A DNA stretch of 64,000 nt from Candidatus Nealsonbacteria bacterium (GTDB taxonomy: Bacteria > Patescibacteriota > Minisyncoccia > Minisyncoccales > JAGMDC01), in contig JAUWMZ010000005.1 of assembly GCA_030612885.1 (NCBI GenBank), positions 19 to 64,018 on the forward strand, written 5' to 3'. The position numbers and the translations under genes are program-made. This document shows positions 35,352-44,975 of the stretch, in pieces. A model generated the notes under the pieces. It saw only the letters and a program-made list of their open reading frames with translations, searched no databases and was not told the DNA's origin. Every line of letters begins with the position of its first letter. Within the stretch, counting starts at the first letter, position 1.

Positions 35352-35476
35352 GTTTGAGTTAAGAGAAGTTTTTAATTCAAAATAAGGAGTAGTGGTTTTA
35401 TAGCCACTTTTTTAATATAAAATTTATTTTAGCTTGTTTTTCGAGTGAAAAAATGATACTTTTAAATTAGTGAATT

Positions 35477-35923
35477 ATGGAAAATAAAGAAATTGAAGTT
35501 TGTATCAGGGTTGTAATTCAACATAAGGGAAAGATTTTAGTTTGTAAAAGCAAACAAAAAAATTATTATTTTTTTCCTGGCGGGCATATTGATTTTGAAG
35601 AAACTGCAAAAGAAACACTTTTGCGTGAGATGAAAGAAGAATTAGATTTGTCAGTTGATAAATCGACATTTATCGGCGCAGTGGAAAATATTTTTGTTGA
35701 AAATAATGAAAAACATCATGAAATTAATTTAGTTTTTAATATTGATGTTGATAAAATAGTTTTTAAAAGCCAGGAGGATCATATAGATTTTGTTTTAATG
35801 GATAAAGATAAATTTACTAAAGAAACTGTTCTTCCTGTCGTTTTAAAGAAAGCAGTTTTGAAATGGTTAGATGATAAAAAAATATTCTGGGCAAGCCAGA
35901 TTTATAACAGATCTATTTTATAA
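35477..35923 (+). CDS. NUDIX hydrolase
   Basis: Nudix box GGHIDFEETAKETLLREMKEELDL. Confidence 0.8.
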   Translation: MENKEIEVCIRVVIQHKGKILVCKSKQKNYYFFPGGHIDFEETAKETLLREMKEELDLSVDKSTFIGAVENIFVENNEKHHEINLVFNIDVDKIVFKSQEDHIDFVLMDKDKFTKETVLPVVLKKAVLKWLDDKKIFWASQIYNRSIL

Positions 35924-35927
35924 AAAT

Positions 35928-38000
35928 ATGGAAAAGCAATATGAGCCGAAGAAAATTGAAGAAAAAATTTATCTTTTTTGGGAAAAAAGCGGTTTTTTTA
36001 ATCCGGATAAATTACCCGGCAAAAGAAAAAAAATTTATACTATTGTTATTCCGCCGCCAAATGTTACTGGTGAGCTTCATATGGGACATGCGCTTCAAGA
36101 TGTTGTTCACGACATTTTAGTGCGGCAGAAAAGGATGCAGGGCTATCAAGCCCTTTGGCTTCCTGGTACTGACCATGCTGGTATAGCTACTCAAAATAAA
36201 GTAGAAAAAGAGCTGAAGAAAAAAGGTAAAACAAGATTTGACTTGGGCAGAGAAAAATTCATAAAACGAGTTTGGCAGTGGAAAGAAGAATACGGAAATA
36301 TTATTTTAGATCAGCTAAAAAAATTGGGTTGTTCTTGTGATTGGTCAAGGAATAGATTCACTATGGATAAAGATTATATTCAGGCAGTGGAGAAAGCATT
36401 TCTATATTATTATAAAAAAGGTTGGATTTACAGAGGTAAAAGGGTAGTTAATTGGTGTCCAAGATGCCAGACAAGTTTATCTGATTTAGAACTCGAGCAT
36501 AAAGAAAAAAAAGGAAATTTATGGTTTATAAAATACAGATTGTCTGAAAAGAAGAACAGATATATTGTTGTGGCGACTACTCGTCCGGAAACAATGCTTG
36601 GAGATATAGCAGTAGCCGTTAATCCAAAAGATAAGAGATATAAAAATTTAATTGGTAAAAAAATTATTTTACCAATAGTTAGCAGAGAAATTCCAATTAT
36701 TGCCGATAGAATTATTGATACAAAATTTGGAACCGGTGCTGTAAAGGTTACTCCTGCTCACGATTCAACCGATTATGAAATTGGTCTTAGGCATAACCTA
36801 AAAAGTATTCAAGTCATTGATGAGAATGGAAAAATTACTGAAAATGCCCCTCGTTTATATCAGGGCTTAACGGTTTTGGAAGCTCGTGAGAAAATACTCG
36901 CAGAGTTAGAGAATCTTGGTTTATTGGAAAAAGTTAAAGATTATACTCATCAAATTCCAAAGTGCTACAGGTGCGGTGCTACGATAGAACTGATTCCTTC
37001 TTGGCAGTGGTTTCTAAAAATGAACGATTTGGCGAAATTGTCAATTCAAGCGGTTAAAAGCGGCAAGGTAAAATTTCAATCAAAAAGATGGGAAAAACCC
37101 TATCTTGAATGGCTGAGAAATATTAAGGATTGGTGCATATCAAGGCAGATTTGGTGGGGGCATAAAATTCCCTTAAAAGGGGAAACAGATGTTTTAGACA
37201 CCTGGTTTTCTTCTGCTCTTTGGCCTTTTGCTGCTTTGGGATGGCCTAAAAAAACAAAAGACCTTAAAAGATTTTATCCAACCGATGTTTTAATTACAGA
37301 CAGAGGAATTATAAATTTGTGGGTAACTAGAATGATTTTTTCAGGAATGGAATTTATGAAAAAACCACCCTTTAGAAAAGTTTATATCCATGCTACTGTG
37401 CTTACCAAAACAGGGGTAAGAATGTCAAAATCTTTAGGTACTGGAATAGATCCAATAAATCTTATTGAAAAATATGGAGCTGATGCTACCCGATTTGGAA
37501 TTGCCTGGCAAATTACAGACCTGCAGGATATACGATTTGGAGAAGAAAGTATAATAATGGGAAGAAAATTTTGCAACAAGCTCTGGAACGCCAGCAGATT
37601 TGTTTTGCAGCAAATCTCAAAACCAAAAGACAAAGCTCAATCCTATTGGTATCTTGCTAAGCTTGGGCGATTTAGAACTCAAAACTTAACCGAGGCAGAT
37701 AAAAAGATATTAAAACAGCTAAACAAAACAATAAAATCAGTAAATAAAGATTTGGACAATTTTCAGTTCGGCCAGGCCGCTCATAAATTTTATGATTTTT
37801 TCTGGCACGATTTCTGCGATAAATATATTGAAACATCAAAAAGACAAACCACTTCTGAAACTCAACAAGTTTTAGTTTATGTCTTAGTTAGTTCTCTTAA
37901 ATTACTTCATCCTTTTATGCCTTTTATCACTGAAGAAATTTATCAAACTTTTCCTTTAAAAGAGAAAAAGGCCCTGATCATTGAAAAATGGCCAGAGTAA
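35928..38000 (+). CDS. valS: Valine--tRNA ligase (short form, no C-terminal coiled coil)
   Basis: PPPNVTGELHMGHAL, editing-domain TTRPETMLGD...GTGAVKVTPAHD, KMSKSLG. Start set at MEKQYEPKKIE (ATG 35928). Ends at ...HPFMPFITEEIYQTFPL...EKWPE*. Confidence 0.9.
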   Translation: MEKQYEPKKIEEKIYLFWEKSGFFNPDKLPGKRKKIYTIVIPPPNVTGELHMGHALQDVVHDILVRQKRMQGYQALWLPGTDHAGIATQNKVEKELKKKGKTRFDLGREKFIKRVWQWKEEYGNIILDQLKKLGCSCDWSRNRFTMDKDYIQAVEKAFLYYYKKGWIYRGKRVVNWCPRCQTSLSDLELEHKEKKGNLWFIKYRLSEKKNRYIVVATTRPETMLGDIAVAVNPKDKRYKNLIGKKIILPIVSREIPIIADRIIDTKFGTGAVKVTPAHDSTDYEIGLRHNLKSIQVIDENGKITENAPRLYQGLTVLEAREKILAELENLGLLEKVKDYTHQIPKCYRCGATIELIPSWQWFLKMNDLAKLSIQAVKSGKVKFQSKRWEKPYLEWLRNIKDWCISRQIWWGHKIPLKGETDVLDTWFSSALWPFAALGWPKKTKDLKRFYPTDVLITDRGIINLWVTRMIFSGMEFMKKPPFRKVYIHATVLTKTGVRMSKSLGTGIDPINLIEKYGADATRFGIAWQITDLQDIRFGEESIIMGRKFCNKLWNASRFVLQQISKPKDKAQSYWYLAKLGRFRTQNLTEADKKILKQLNKTIKSVNKDLDNFQFGQAAHKFYDFFWHDFCDKYIETSKRQTTSETQQVLVYVLVSSLKLLHPFMPFITEEIYQTFPLKEKKALIIEKWPE

Positions 38001-38023
38001 TGTTATGTTAAAACAATAAGCTT

Positions 38024-38392
38024 ATGCCTAAGATATTTTTAATTGAAGACGAGCAAATTTTATCTGATATGTATATGGATAAATTCTCTGAAGCAAAGTT
38101 TGAAGTGATTTCAGCTTTTAACGCTGAAAGCGGTTTAAAAATAGCTCAGAAAGAAAAGCCAGATTTAATTGTTTTAGATATTATTTTGCCCAAAAGTGAT
38201 GGTATTTCTTTTTTAGAGGATCTAAGAAAAAACAAAGAAACATCTTCAATGTTAGTTGTTGTTTTATCTAATTATGACGACCCTAAAGCAAGGAAAGAGG
38301 CGCGAAGATTAGGAGCTATGGATTATTTAATCAAAACCGATTTTACGCCAACTGAATTGACTAAAAAAATAAAAGAATACTTACCCCGTTAG
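38024..38392 (+). CDS. Response regulator receiver protein (stand-alone REC)
   Basis: IFLIEDE...DLIVLDIILP...VVVLSN...YLIK. Confidence 0.85.
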   Translation: MPKIFLIEDEQILSDMYMDKFSEAKFEVISAFNAESGLKIAQKEKPDLIVLDIILPKSDGISFLEDLRKNKETSSMLVVVLSNYDDPKARKEARRLGAMDYLIKTDFTPTELTKKIKEYLPR

Positions 38393-38477
38393 ATTTTATC
38401 TATTAGTTGGCGAAGAAGCATTTTTAAGGCAAAAAATTTGTCTTTTTTTATTATAAATTTTAAGTTAGTATAAGGAT

Positions 38478-39683
38478 ATGATTAAAGAAATAATCAAAAA
38501 ATTTATCCCTATTTTTTTGCTTGATTTTTATCACTTTTCTTTAGCTGGTTTAGGCGCTTTTTTGTATCGGTTTCCTTCTAAAAAAATAAAAGTTATTGGA
38601 GTTACCGGCACTAATGGAAAAACAACAGTAGTTCATTTCGTGTCTAAAATTTTAGAACAAGCTGATTATAAAGTTGCTTCTATTTCTTCCATTAAATTCA
38701 AAATAGCTGATAAAGAATGGAAAAACACCTTAAAAATGACAATGCCCGGCCGCTTGAAATTACAAAAGTTTTTGAGACAGGCCGTAAATACTAAATGCCA
38801 GTATGTTGTCTTAGAAGTGACCTCTGAAGGAATAAAACAATATCGCCATCGTTTTATTGATTTTGATACGGCTGTCTTTACTAATTTAACGCCAGAACAT
38901 ATAGAGAGCCATGGGTCCTTTGAAAAGTATAAAGAAGCTAAGGGAAAGCTTTTCCAGAATACCAAAGGCACTCATATCATTAATTTAGATGATGAGAATA
39001 CTGAATACTTTTTAAAGTTTCCGGCTAACAAAAAATATACTTTTGGATTTAATAAAGGAGACGTCAATCTTAATAATACTTCTATCAAACTCGGTTTAAC
39101 AGGAGAGTTTAATAAATACAATGCTTTGGCGGCAATTTCCGTAGGATTAAGTCAAGGGATTGATTTAGAAATTTGCCAACAAGCAATAGAAAAAATTAAA
39201 GGAATTCCTGGCAGAATGGAAATAGTAATAAAAGAGCCATTTAGGGTTATAGTTGATTATGCTTTTACGCCAGCTGCTTTACAAAAAGTCTACCAAACTT
39301 TAAAAGCGGAAAACAAAAAAATGATATGTGTTTTGGGTGCTTGTGGCGGAGGTAGAGATAAATGGAAGAGGCCAGTTTTAGGGGAATTGTCTGGGAGATA
39401 TTGTCAGGAAATAATTATGACGAATGAAGACCCTTACGAAGAAGACCCGATGGAGATTATAAATCAAGTGGCTAACAGAGTTAAAAAGAAAGTTAAAAAA
39501 ATTTTAGACAGAAGACAGGCAATTAGAAAAGCATTGATTTTAGCAAGGCCAGGTGATATAGTAATTATCACTGGCAAGGGCTGTGAGCCCTGGATGTGTA
39601 TTGCTGGAGGCAAGAAAATTCCTTGGGACGACCGCGAAATAGTTAAACAAGAATTCAAAAAAATTGTGGACAAAAAGCAATAG
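38478..39683 (+). CDS. Mur ligase family protein (MurE-like, short N-terminus)
   Basis: GVTGTNGKTT P-loop, TSEG, NLTPEH, and a C-terminal Mur_ligase_C-like region. 401 aa. Confidence 0.75.
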   Translation: MIKEIIKKFIPIFLLDFYHFSLAGLGAFLYRFPSKKIKVIGVTGTNGKTTVVHFVSKILEQADYKVASISSIKFKIADKEWKNTLKMTMPGRLKLQKFLRQAVNTKCQYVVLEVTSEGIKQYRHRFIDFDTAVFTNLTPEHIESHGSFEKYKEAKGKLFQNTKGTHIINLDDENTEYFLKFPANKKYTFGFNKGDVNLNNTSIKLGLTGEFNKYNALAAISVGLSQGIDLEICQQAIEKIKGIPGRMEIVIKEPFRVIVDYAFTPAALQKVYQTLKAENKKMICVLGACGGGRDKWKRPVLGELSGRYCQEIIMTNEDPYEEDPMEIINQVANRVKKKVKKILDRRQAIRKALILARPGDIVIITGKGCEPWMCIAGGKKIPWDDREIVKQEFKKIVDKKQ

Positions 39684-39708
39684 ATAGGTTAAAATTAAAA
39701 ATTACTTG

Positions 39709-39834
39709 ATGAAGAAAAAAATGCCAAAATCAATACGAAAACATATTCGTAAAGAAAAAGCCCGGATCCGCCGGGAAGTTTTAAATTTTAAAGAACAAGA
39801 AAAATCAATAAAAAAACTCTATAACAAGCTTTAG
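39709..39834 (+). CDS. Possible small basic protein (41 aa), absent from the ORF track
   Basis: ATG 39709 to TAG 39832-39834: MKKKMPKSIRKHIRKEKARIRREVLNFKEQEKSIKKLYNKL. No homology recognised. Confidence 0.25.
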   Translation: MKKKMPKSIRKHIRKEKARIRREVLNFKEQEKSIKKLYNKL

Positions 39835-39920
39835 CTTGATATATCAAAGCTTTGTTTTGCTATAACAGACTTTAGCTTGATATATCAAATTGAAATAGTT
39901 ATTTATAATAATTTAAAGAT

Positions 39921-40529
39921 ATGGAAGAAAAAGAAAAAATCAAAAAAATTGTTAATTTCTTCTTTGAACTGCTTCATTTAAAAAGAGTATCTAGAAGCGG
40001 CTTAACAATAATTGGAATTAAAGATATTGATTCAGTAGCTGAACATGTTTTTGTCGCTGCTCAAATCGCTTATATTCTTGGAAAAATGGAAGGAGTGAAT
40101 GCTGAAAAAGCTGCTTTAATGTGTCTTTTTCATGATAATGGCGAAGCACGAATTTTCGATATAAACTTATTGCAGAGCATTTATTTTAATGAAAAAGATA
40201 AAGCTGAAAGCAAGGCATTTTCAAATCAGATTAAAGATTTGCCAGGCAAAGAAGGAATAGAAGAACTTCATAAAGAATTTGAAGAAAAAAAGACGCCAGA
40301 GGCGTTAATAGCTCGAGATGCTGATAAATTAGAGTTAGCAGTTCAAGCAAAGCATTATCTTGAAAGAGGAGAAAAGGATGCTAAAATTTGGATTGATAAA
40401 GTTCGTCCTTCGCTTAAAACCGAATCAAGTAAAAAACTTCTTAATGTAATTGAAAATTCTAACCCAAATGATTGGTGGAAAGAAATTCCAGAGATTAAAC
40501 AAAAATTAGAAAAAAATTGGAAAGATTAA
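39921..40529 (+). CDS. HD-domain phosphohydrolase (YfbR-like 5'-deoxynucleotidase family)
   Basis: SVAEHVF...LFHDNGEARIFD...DADKLE, the H...HD...D metal-ligand series. Confidence 0.7.
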   Translation: MEEKEKIKKIVNFFFELLHLKRVSRSGLTIIGIKDIDSVAEHVFVAAQIAYILGKMEGVNAEKAALMCLFHDNGEARIFDINLLQSIYFNEKDKAESKAFSNQIKDLPGKEGIEELHKEFEEKKTPEALIARDADKLELAVQAKHYLERGEKDAKIWIDKVRPSLKTESSKKLLNVIENSNPNDWWKEIPEIKQKLEKNWKD

Positions 40530-40551
40530 ATAATGGAACAAGAAAATTTGA

Positions 40552-42105
40552 TTATTTTAAGCTTTTAACCATATAGGTATTTTTTAATCGGTAGCCCAGT
40601 TTGCGAAAGTATTCCCTAGTTCCTACACCTGAGATTACAGCGACTTTAGGCAAAGCAAATTCTCTTTTAGTGATTTTTTCTGCTTCTTTGATAAGTTTTT
40701 TGCCTAATCCTTTATGCTGGGCGCCTAAAGTTTTTTGGGAGATTGGTATCATCTGGCCAAAAGTGTGAAGTTCCCTGATAATAGTCGCATTTTTTAAAGC
40801 TCGTAAACGGAGCAAGCTGTATAATTTTGTTCTGTTTTTATTTTCAAAACTTAAAAATATTTCTTTAGCACTAGACGCATTATAATCTTCACGAAATAAG
40901 ACTATTTTTTCTTTTGGATCGTATTTTTCTTTTACTTCTCTACATCTGACACAATGGCAAGCCATTCCTCTTTTCTTCATTTCTTTTTGAACTACCTGTC
41001 TTAAATTAGAAATTTTACTGCCAGATTCAATATGATAAGCTGGTATGTCCCTGAATAATCGGGCTACCCTAACCCAATACGGTAAAATCTCTTTTATTTT
41101 TACTAAAAGATTGATTAATTTTTTATCTGAATATGACTTATATTTTCCTTGTTTCCAAAGACGATAAAGTTTTGTGTTTTTACAAACAACACAGGGATAA
41201 ATTTTTAACCAGTCCGGCTTGAAATCCGGATTCTTAAAAATTTCTTTGAGACATTGAAAATCCTTTCTTAGATTAGAGCCGGGCAAATTCGGCATTACTT
41301 GATACATTATTTTAAACCCAGCCTCTTTTAAAAGTTTTGTTGTTTCTATTGTTTCTTTCACAAAATGCCCTCTCTGGCATTTTTTTAAAATGTCATCGTA
41401 TATGGTCTGCACTCCTAATTCAACCATTGTTATTCCTAATTCTCTCAAGTTTATAATTTCCTTCTTATCAATCAAATCAGGCCTGGTTTCAATAGAAATT
41501 CCCACGATTCTATGCTTAGCTCTTTCATTTTTCTTTTGCTCTTTTTCTAAAGATTTAATTTTTCGCGTTGTTTTGCGTTGTTCTGCATTACACGCTGCGA
41601 AGCAGCATGTAATAAACCATTCTTGGTATTTCTCTGGATAGGCAGTCCAGCTTCCACCGATTATCCTCAATTCAATTTTATCTGTGGGATGGCCTTGAAT
41701 TTCTAAACTTTTAATTCTATCTATGGTTTGAAGATATGGATCAAATTTAGCTCTTTTTGCTCTTTCCACTGCCGGTTCTCCAGAAAGATAGCTTTTGGGC
41801 AGGCCTTTTTCAGTTGGACAGTAAATGCATTTTCCCGGACAGGGATAGGGCTTGGTTAAAACCGAGACCACTACTACTCCGGATAGGCTCCTAATTTTTC
41901 TTTTTCTTAAAATCTCTTCTAAGATTTTGTTTCTTTTGAGTCCTTTATCTTTTACTAAATTATGGTATGATTTTAGTAAATCAATATTAGAAGGGCAGGA
42001 AATTTTATATTTTTTTGCTGTTTTTCTTTTTATCATTGCCAAATCTTCCAAAGTTTCAGATTTGTTTTTTAATAGTTCTTTGATTATTAGTTCATTGATA
42101 TTCAT
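40552..42105 (-). CDS. Elp3-family radical SAM + GNAT enzyme (tRNA U34 modification type)
   Basis: Radical SAM Cys cluster PCPGKCIYCP, ELGVQT, C-terminal GNAT HKGLGKKLI. Start set at MNINELII (42105) because the longer ORF runs through tRNA-Arg. Confidence 0.8.
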   Translation of the reverse strand: MNINELIIKELLKNKSETLEDLAMIKRKTAKKYKISCPSNIDLLKSYHNLVKDKGLKRNKILEEILRKRKIRSLSGVVVVSVLTKPYPCPGKCIYCPTEKGLPKSYLSGEPAVERAKRAKFDPYLQTIDRIKSLEIQGHPTDKIELRIIGGSWTAYPEKYQEWFITCCFAACNAEQRKTTRKIKSLEKEQKKNERAKHRIVGISIETRPDLIDKKEIINLRELGITMVELGVQTIYDDILKKCQRGHFVKETIETTKLLKEAGFKIMYQVMPNLPGSNLRKDFQCLKEIFKNPDFKPDWLKIYPCVVCKNTKLYRLWKQGKYKSYSDKKLINLLVKIKEILPYWVRVARLFRDIPAYHIESGSKISNLRQVVQKEMKKRGMACHCVRCREVKEKYDPKEKIVLFREDYNASSAKEIFLSFENKNRTKLYSLLRLRALKNATIIRELHTFGQMIPISQKTLGAQHKGLGKKLIKEAEKITKREFALPKVAVISGVGTREYFRKLGYRLKNTYMVKSLK

Positions 42106-42125
42106 ATCATAATCATAGCTCAATT

Positions 42126-42199
42126 GTCCCTGTGGTTCAATTGGATAGAACGTCTCCCTCCGGAGGAGAAGATTGGCTGTTCGAATCAGCCCAGGGACA
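42126..42199 (+). tRNA. tRNA-Arg (CCG)
   Basis: GTCCCTG-TG-GTTC-AATTGGATA-GAAC-G-TCTCC-CTCCGGA-GGAGA-AGATT-GGCTG-TTCGAAT-CAGCC-CAGGGAC-A. Confidence 0.9.
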
Positions 42200-42318
42200 C
42201 AAGAAAACTTTACGAAGTCTGACATCGTAAGATTTGATTTGACAAGTTTTTTAGAACGTGTAAGCTGAAATTGGTACAAAAATAGTACCTAAAATTAAAA
42301 AAAAGAGGTGATAAAAAA

Positions 42319-42816
42319 ATGGCAGGAATATTAGTAGAAGAAGAAAAAGGAATGGGAACAGAAACAGGAATAGAAGAAGCAATAGAAGGAATAGAAAGAG
42401 AGGATACTGGATTGGCTCGAACAGGAGTATCTTTGCCTTCAAATTTGTTGAATAAGTTTGACGGAATAATACGAGGGAGAGGTTACTCATCGAGGTCAGA
42501 AGGGATAAGAGACGCAATCAGAGCGTATATTACGGAATACGAATGGATGGAGCGTGAAAAAGGGGAAGAAATAGGAACCATAACCTATGTTTATGAAATC
42601 GGTCAGATAGGATTGCGTGCTGAACTGGAGAAGATAGAGTGTGCTTTCAGAGAGACAATAAAAACCTCGTATAGTGTTCATTTAGATGATAACAATTGTT
42701 TTGCGCTAACAGTGATAGAGGACAGGGCCGAGCGGATAAAAAAACTGGCGGAAGCGATAATGAGTCGAAAAGGAGTCAAGCATGTGAAATTGACAACAAC
42801 TCATGAGGGGATATAA
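42319..42816 (+). CDS. NikR/CopG-family ribbon-helix-helix regulator with degenerate metal-binding domain
   Basis: RHH core GVSLPSNLLNKFDGIIRGRGYSSRSEGIRDAIRAYI followed by an ACT-like domain. The usual His/Cys nickel ligands are mostly replaced (YVYEIG, IECAFRE, one H in SVHLDD). Confidence 0.6.
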   Translation: MAGILVEEEKGMGTETGIEEAIEGIEREDTGLARTGVSLPSNLLNKFDGIIRGRGYSSRSEGIRDAIRAYITEYEWMEREKGEEIGTITYVYEIGQIGLRAELEKIECAFRETIKTSYSVHLDDNNCFALTVIEDRAERIKKLAEAIMSRKGVKHVKLTTTHEGI

Positions 42817-42895
42817 AAATGGAAAAAATTAAAGGGAGATTTCTCCCTATTTTTTTATCCTTGAAAAAAATGGATTTTATGGTAAGATTAAAAAA

Positions 42896-43498
42896 ATGAA
42901 AGTATCTATTTTATTCAGCGGAGGAAAGGATTGTTGTCTAACTGCGATTATGTTGTCAAAGTTTTTTGAAGTAGAGCTGATAACCTGTACTTTTGAAACT
43001 CTTTCAAACTGGAAAAAAGCAGAAGAAGTTGCTAAGAAATTAGGTTTTCCTTTTAAAGTATTAAAGTTAGATAAAAAAATTTTGGAAGAAGCGGCAGAAA
43101 AAATAATTCAAGATGGCTTCCCGGCGAATGGGATAAAATACATTCATCAAAATTCCTTAGAAATATTGGCTGGACAGACAGAGTTTATTGCCGACGGTGT
43201 TAGAAGAGATGATAGAGTGCCGGTTCTTTCTAAGTCAGAAATTAGACAGCTGGAAGATAAATTCAATATTCATTATATCCAGCCCTTAATGGGTTATAGC
43301 CGAAAAACTATTAACATTTTAGTAAATAAATTTTTTGAGGTTAAAGAATACAAAAGCTTTGATTTTATAGGTGCAGAATACGAGTTTGAATTAAGAGAAT
43401 ACATTAAAAACAAATATGGGACTGGGAAAATTAAAGAAATTTTTCCTCAAGACCATACCCAATCAATAATAGTAGATATTAAAGAAAAAATTTGTTAG
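42896..43498 (+). CDS. PP-loop ATP pyrophosphatase family protein (MJ0570/Dph6-like)
   Basis: N-terminal SILFSGGKDCCL (SGGKD PP-loop). 200 aa. Confidence 0.5.
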   Translation: MKVSILFSGGKDCCLTAIMLSKFFEVELITCTFETLSNWKKAEEVAKKLGFPFKVLKLDKKILEEAAEKIIQDGFPANGIKYIHQNSLEILAGQTEFIADGVRRDDRVPVLSKSEIRQLEDKFNIHYIQPLMGYSRKTINILVNKFFEVKEYKSFDFIGAEYEFELREYIKNKYGTGKIKEIFPQDHTQSIIVDIKEKIC

Positions 43499-43509
43499 AA
43501 TAAAAATAT

Positions 43510-44058
43510 ATGAAGTATAAAATTGCAGTATCAGGCGCAGCTCAAACTGGTATTTGCTCAAAAAACGCTGAAAAGTTGGCAAAAGAAATAGGCAAAGAAA
43601 TTGCTAAACAAGGATGTATTTTAGTAACAGGAGCCACTACTGGCATACCTTATTTTTCTGTGCAAGGATTAGAAGAAGCAGGAGGGGTTAGCGTTGGTTT
43701 TTCACCTGCTGCTTCTGAAACAGCGCATAGAAAGAAATATCGCCTTCCAAGGGTTTCTGATATTATTGTCCATACTGGCTTTGGCTATGCTGGCAGGAAT
43801 CTTTTAATGACTAGAGCCGCAGACGCGGTAATTATAATTTGCGGCAGAATGGGAACTTTAAATGAGTTTACCATTGCTTTTGAAGACCAAAAACCAATAG
43901 GGGTTTTAGAGGGCACTGGTGGGACAGCAGATATTATAAAAGATTTAATTAAGTTTCCTCATAGAGGAAAAACAAGAATTGTTTTCGAAAAAGATCCTAA
44001 GAAATTAGTGGAAAAATTAATTAGATTAATAAAAGATTCAAAAAGGTCGAAGAGATAA
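43510..44058 (+). CDS. TIGR00725 / LOG-like (SLOG) family protein
   Basis: IAVSGAA...LVTGATTG...GGVSVGFSP...RN......DAVIIICGRMGTLNEF. Confidence 0.55.
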   Translation: MKYKIAVSGAAQTGICSKNAEKLAKEIGKEIAKQGCILVTGATTGIPYFSVQGLEEAGGVSVGFSPAASETAHRKKYRLPRVSDIIVHTGFGYAGRNLLMTRAADAVIIICGRMGTLNEFTIAFEDQKPIGVLEGTGGTADIIKDLIKFPHRGKTRIVFEKDPKKLVEKLIRLIKDSKRSKR

Positions 44059-44077
44059 TACAATTAAGCATAAATTT

Positions 44078-44350
44078 ATGCCAGAAAATAATCCCCCAGA
44101 AGAAGGAAAATTAATAGGAGAAATTAGTCATTATTTTGGAAATATTGGCGTAGCGGTAATTGAATTATCCGGCTCTCTTAAAAAAGGAGATGAAATTAGG
44201 ATTGTCGGTGGAGAGGAAACTGACTTCAATCAGACCGTTGATTCAATGGAATTTGAGCATAAAAAAATTGATAAAGCAAAGAAAGGAGATAGCGTTGGAA
44301 TGAAAGTGAAAGAGAAAGTAAGGGAGGGCTATAAAGTATATAAAGTTTAA
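44078..44350 (+). CDS. Small beta-barrel protein, EF-Tu domain-2-like
   Basis: GEISHYFGNIGVAVIEL...LKKGDEIRIVG...KKGDSVGMKV...GYKVYKV. Confidence 0.4.
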   Translation: MPENNPPEEGKLIGEISHYFGNIGVAVIELSGSLKKGDEIRIVGGEETDFNQTVDSMEFEHKKIDKAKKGDSVGMKVKEKVREGYKVYKV

Positions 44351-44409
44351 AACTTAATTAGTTGTGTTTAATCTGTTTAAACACAACTAAACGCAAAAGG
44401 GAGGAAAAA

Positions 44410-44691
44410 ATGAACAAGAAAATTAGAGTTCATCTTTTTATCAGTGGTAGAGTGCAAGGGGTATTTTTTCGAGAAAACACCAGAAAAAAAGCTGAAAAAT
44501 TGGAAATAAATGGCTGGGTGAAAAATTTAGACGATGGCAGAGTGGATATCATTTTAGAAGGCGATGAAGAAAAAGTTAAAAAGATGATTGAATGGACAAG
44601 GCAAGGTCCTATTTTTGCTAAAGTTGATAAAGTTGAAGTTGAAAAGGAGGAATATAAAAACGAATTTAAAGATTTTAAGATAAAATATTAA
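44410..44691 (+). CDS. acyP: Acylphosphatase
   Basis: ISGRVQGVFFR..T...A..L.I.GWVKNL.DGRV.I..EG. Start at ATG 44410 after GGGAGG. A 14-bp perfect hairpin lies upstream (44356-44391). Confidence 0.85.
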   Translation: MNKKIRVHLFISGRVQGVFFRENTRKKAEKLEINGWVKNLDDGRVDIILEGDEEKVKKMIEWTRQGPIFAKVDKVEVEKEEYKNEFKDFKIKY

Positions 44692-44692
44692 T

Positions 44693-44974
44693 ATGACTTT
44701 TTCTACTATTATTTTAATATATTTGTTTTTATTATTATTGTGCTTTGTTTTTACATTAAGGTATAAAGCCCGCATATCTAAACATGACGGTGATTTTCCT
44801 GAGACCTTAATGAAAACTTTTGTTATTTTTGTTTATTTAGGATTAGTAGCAGGAGTTTTTCTTTCCTTGCCATTTTTAATCTCTCAAGGCCAGCAAATTA
44901 CTCAATCGCTGGATTTATCATCCAATATCGCTTCTTTAATGGATAGTTTCACAAATTTGTTAGAGTTTAAATAA
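44693..44974 (+). CDS. Small membrane protein, hypothetical
   Basis: 93 aa with two predicted TM helices. Tightly spaced between acyP and the permease gene. Confidence 0.3.
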   Translation: MTFSTIILIYLFLLLLCFVFTLRYKARISKHDGDFPETLMKTFVIFVYLGLVAGVFLSLPFLISQGQQITQSLDLSSNIASLMDSFTNLLEFK

Positions 44975-44975
44975 A

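Noticed and set aside
42106-42279. N-terminal 58 codons of the Elp3 ORF as given in the track.
   Set aside because: The extension reads straight through tRNA-Arg(CCG) (42126-42199) on the opposite strand. The conserved protein starts at MNINELII (42105).
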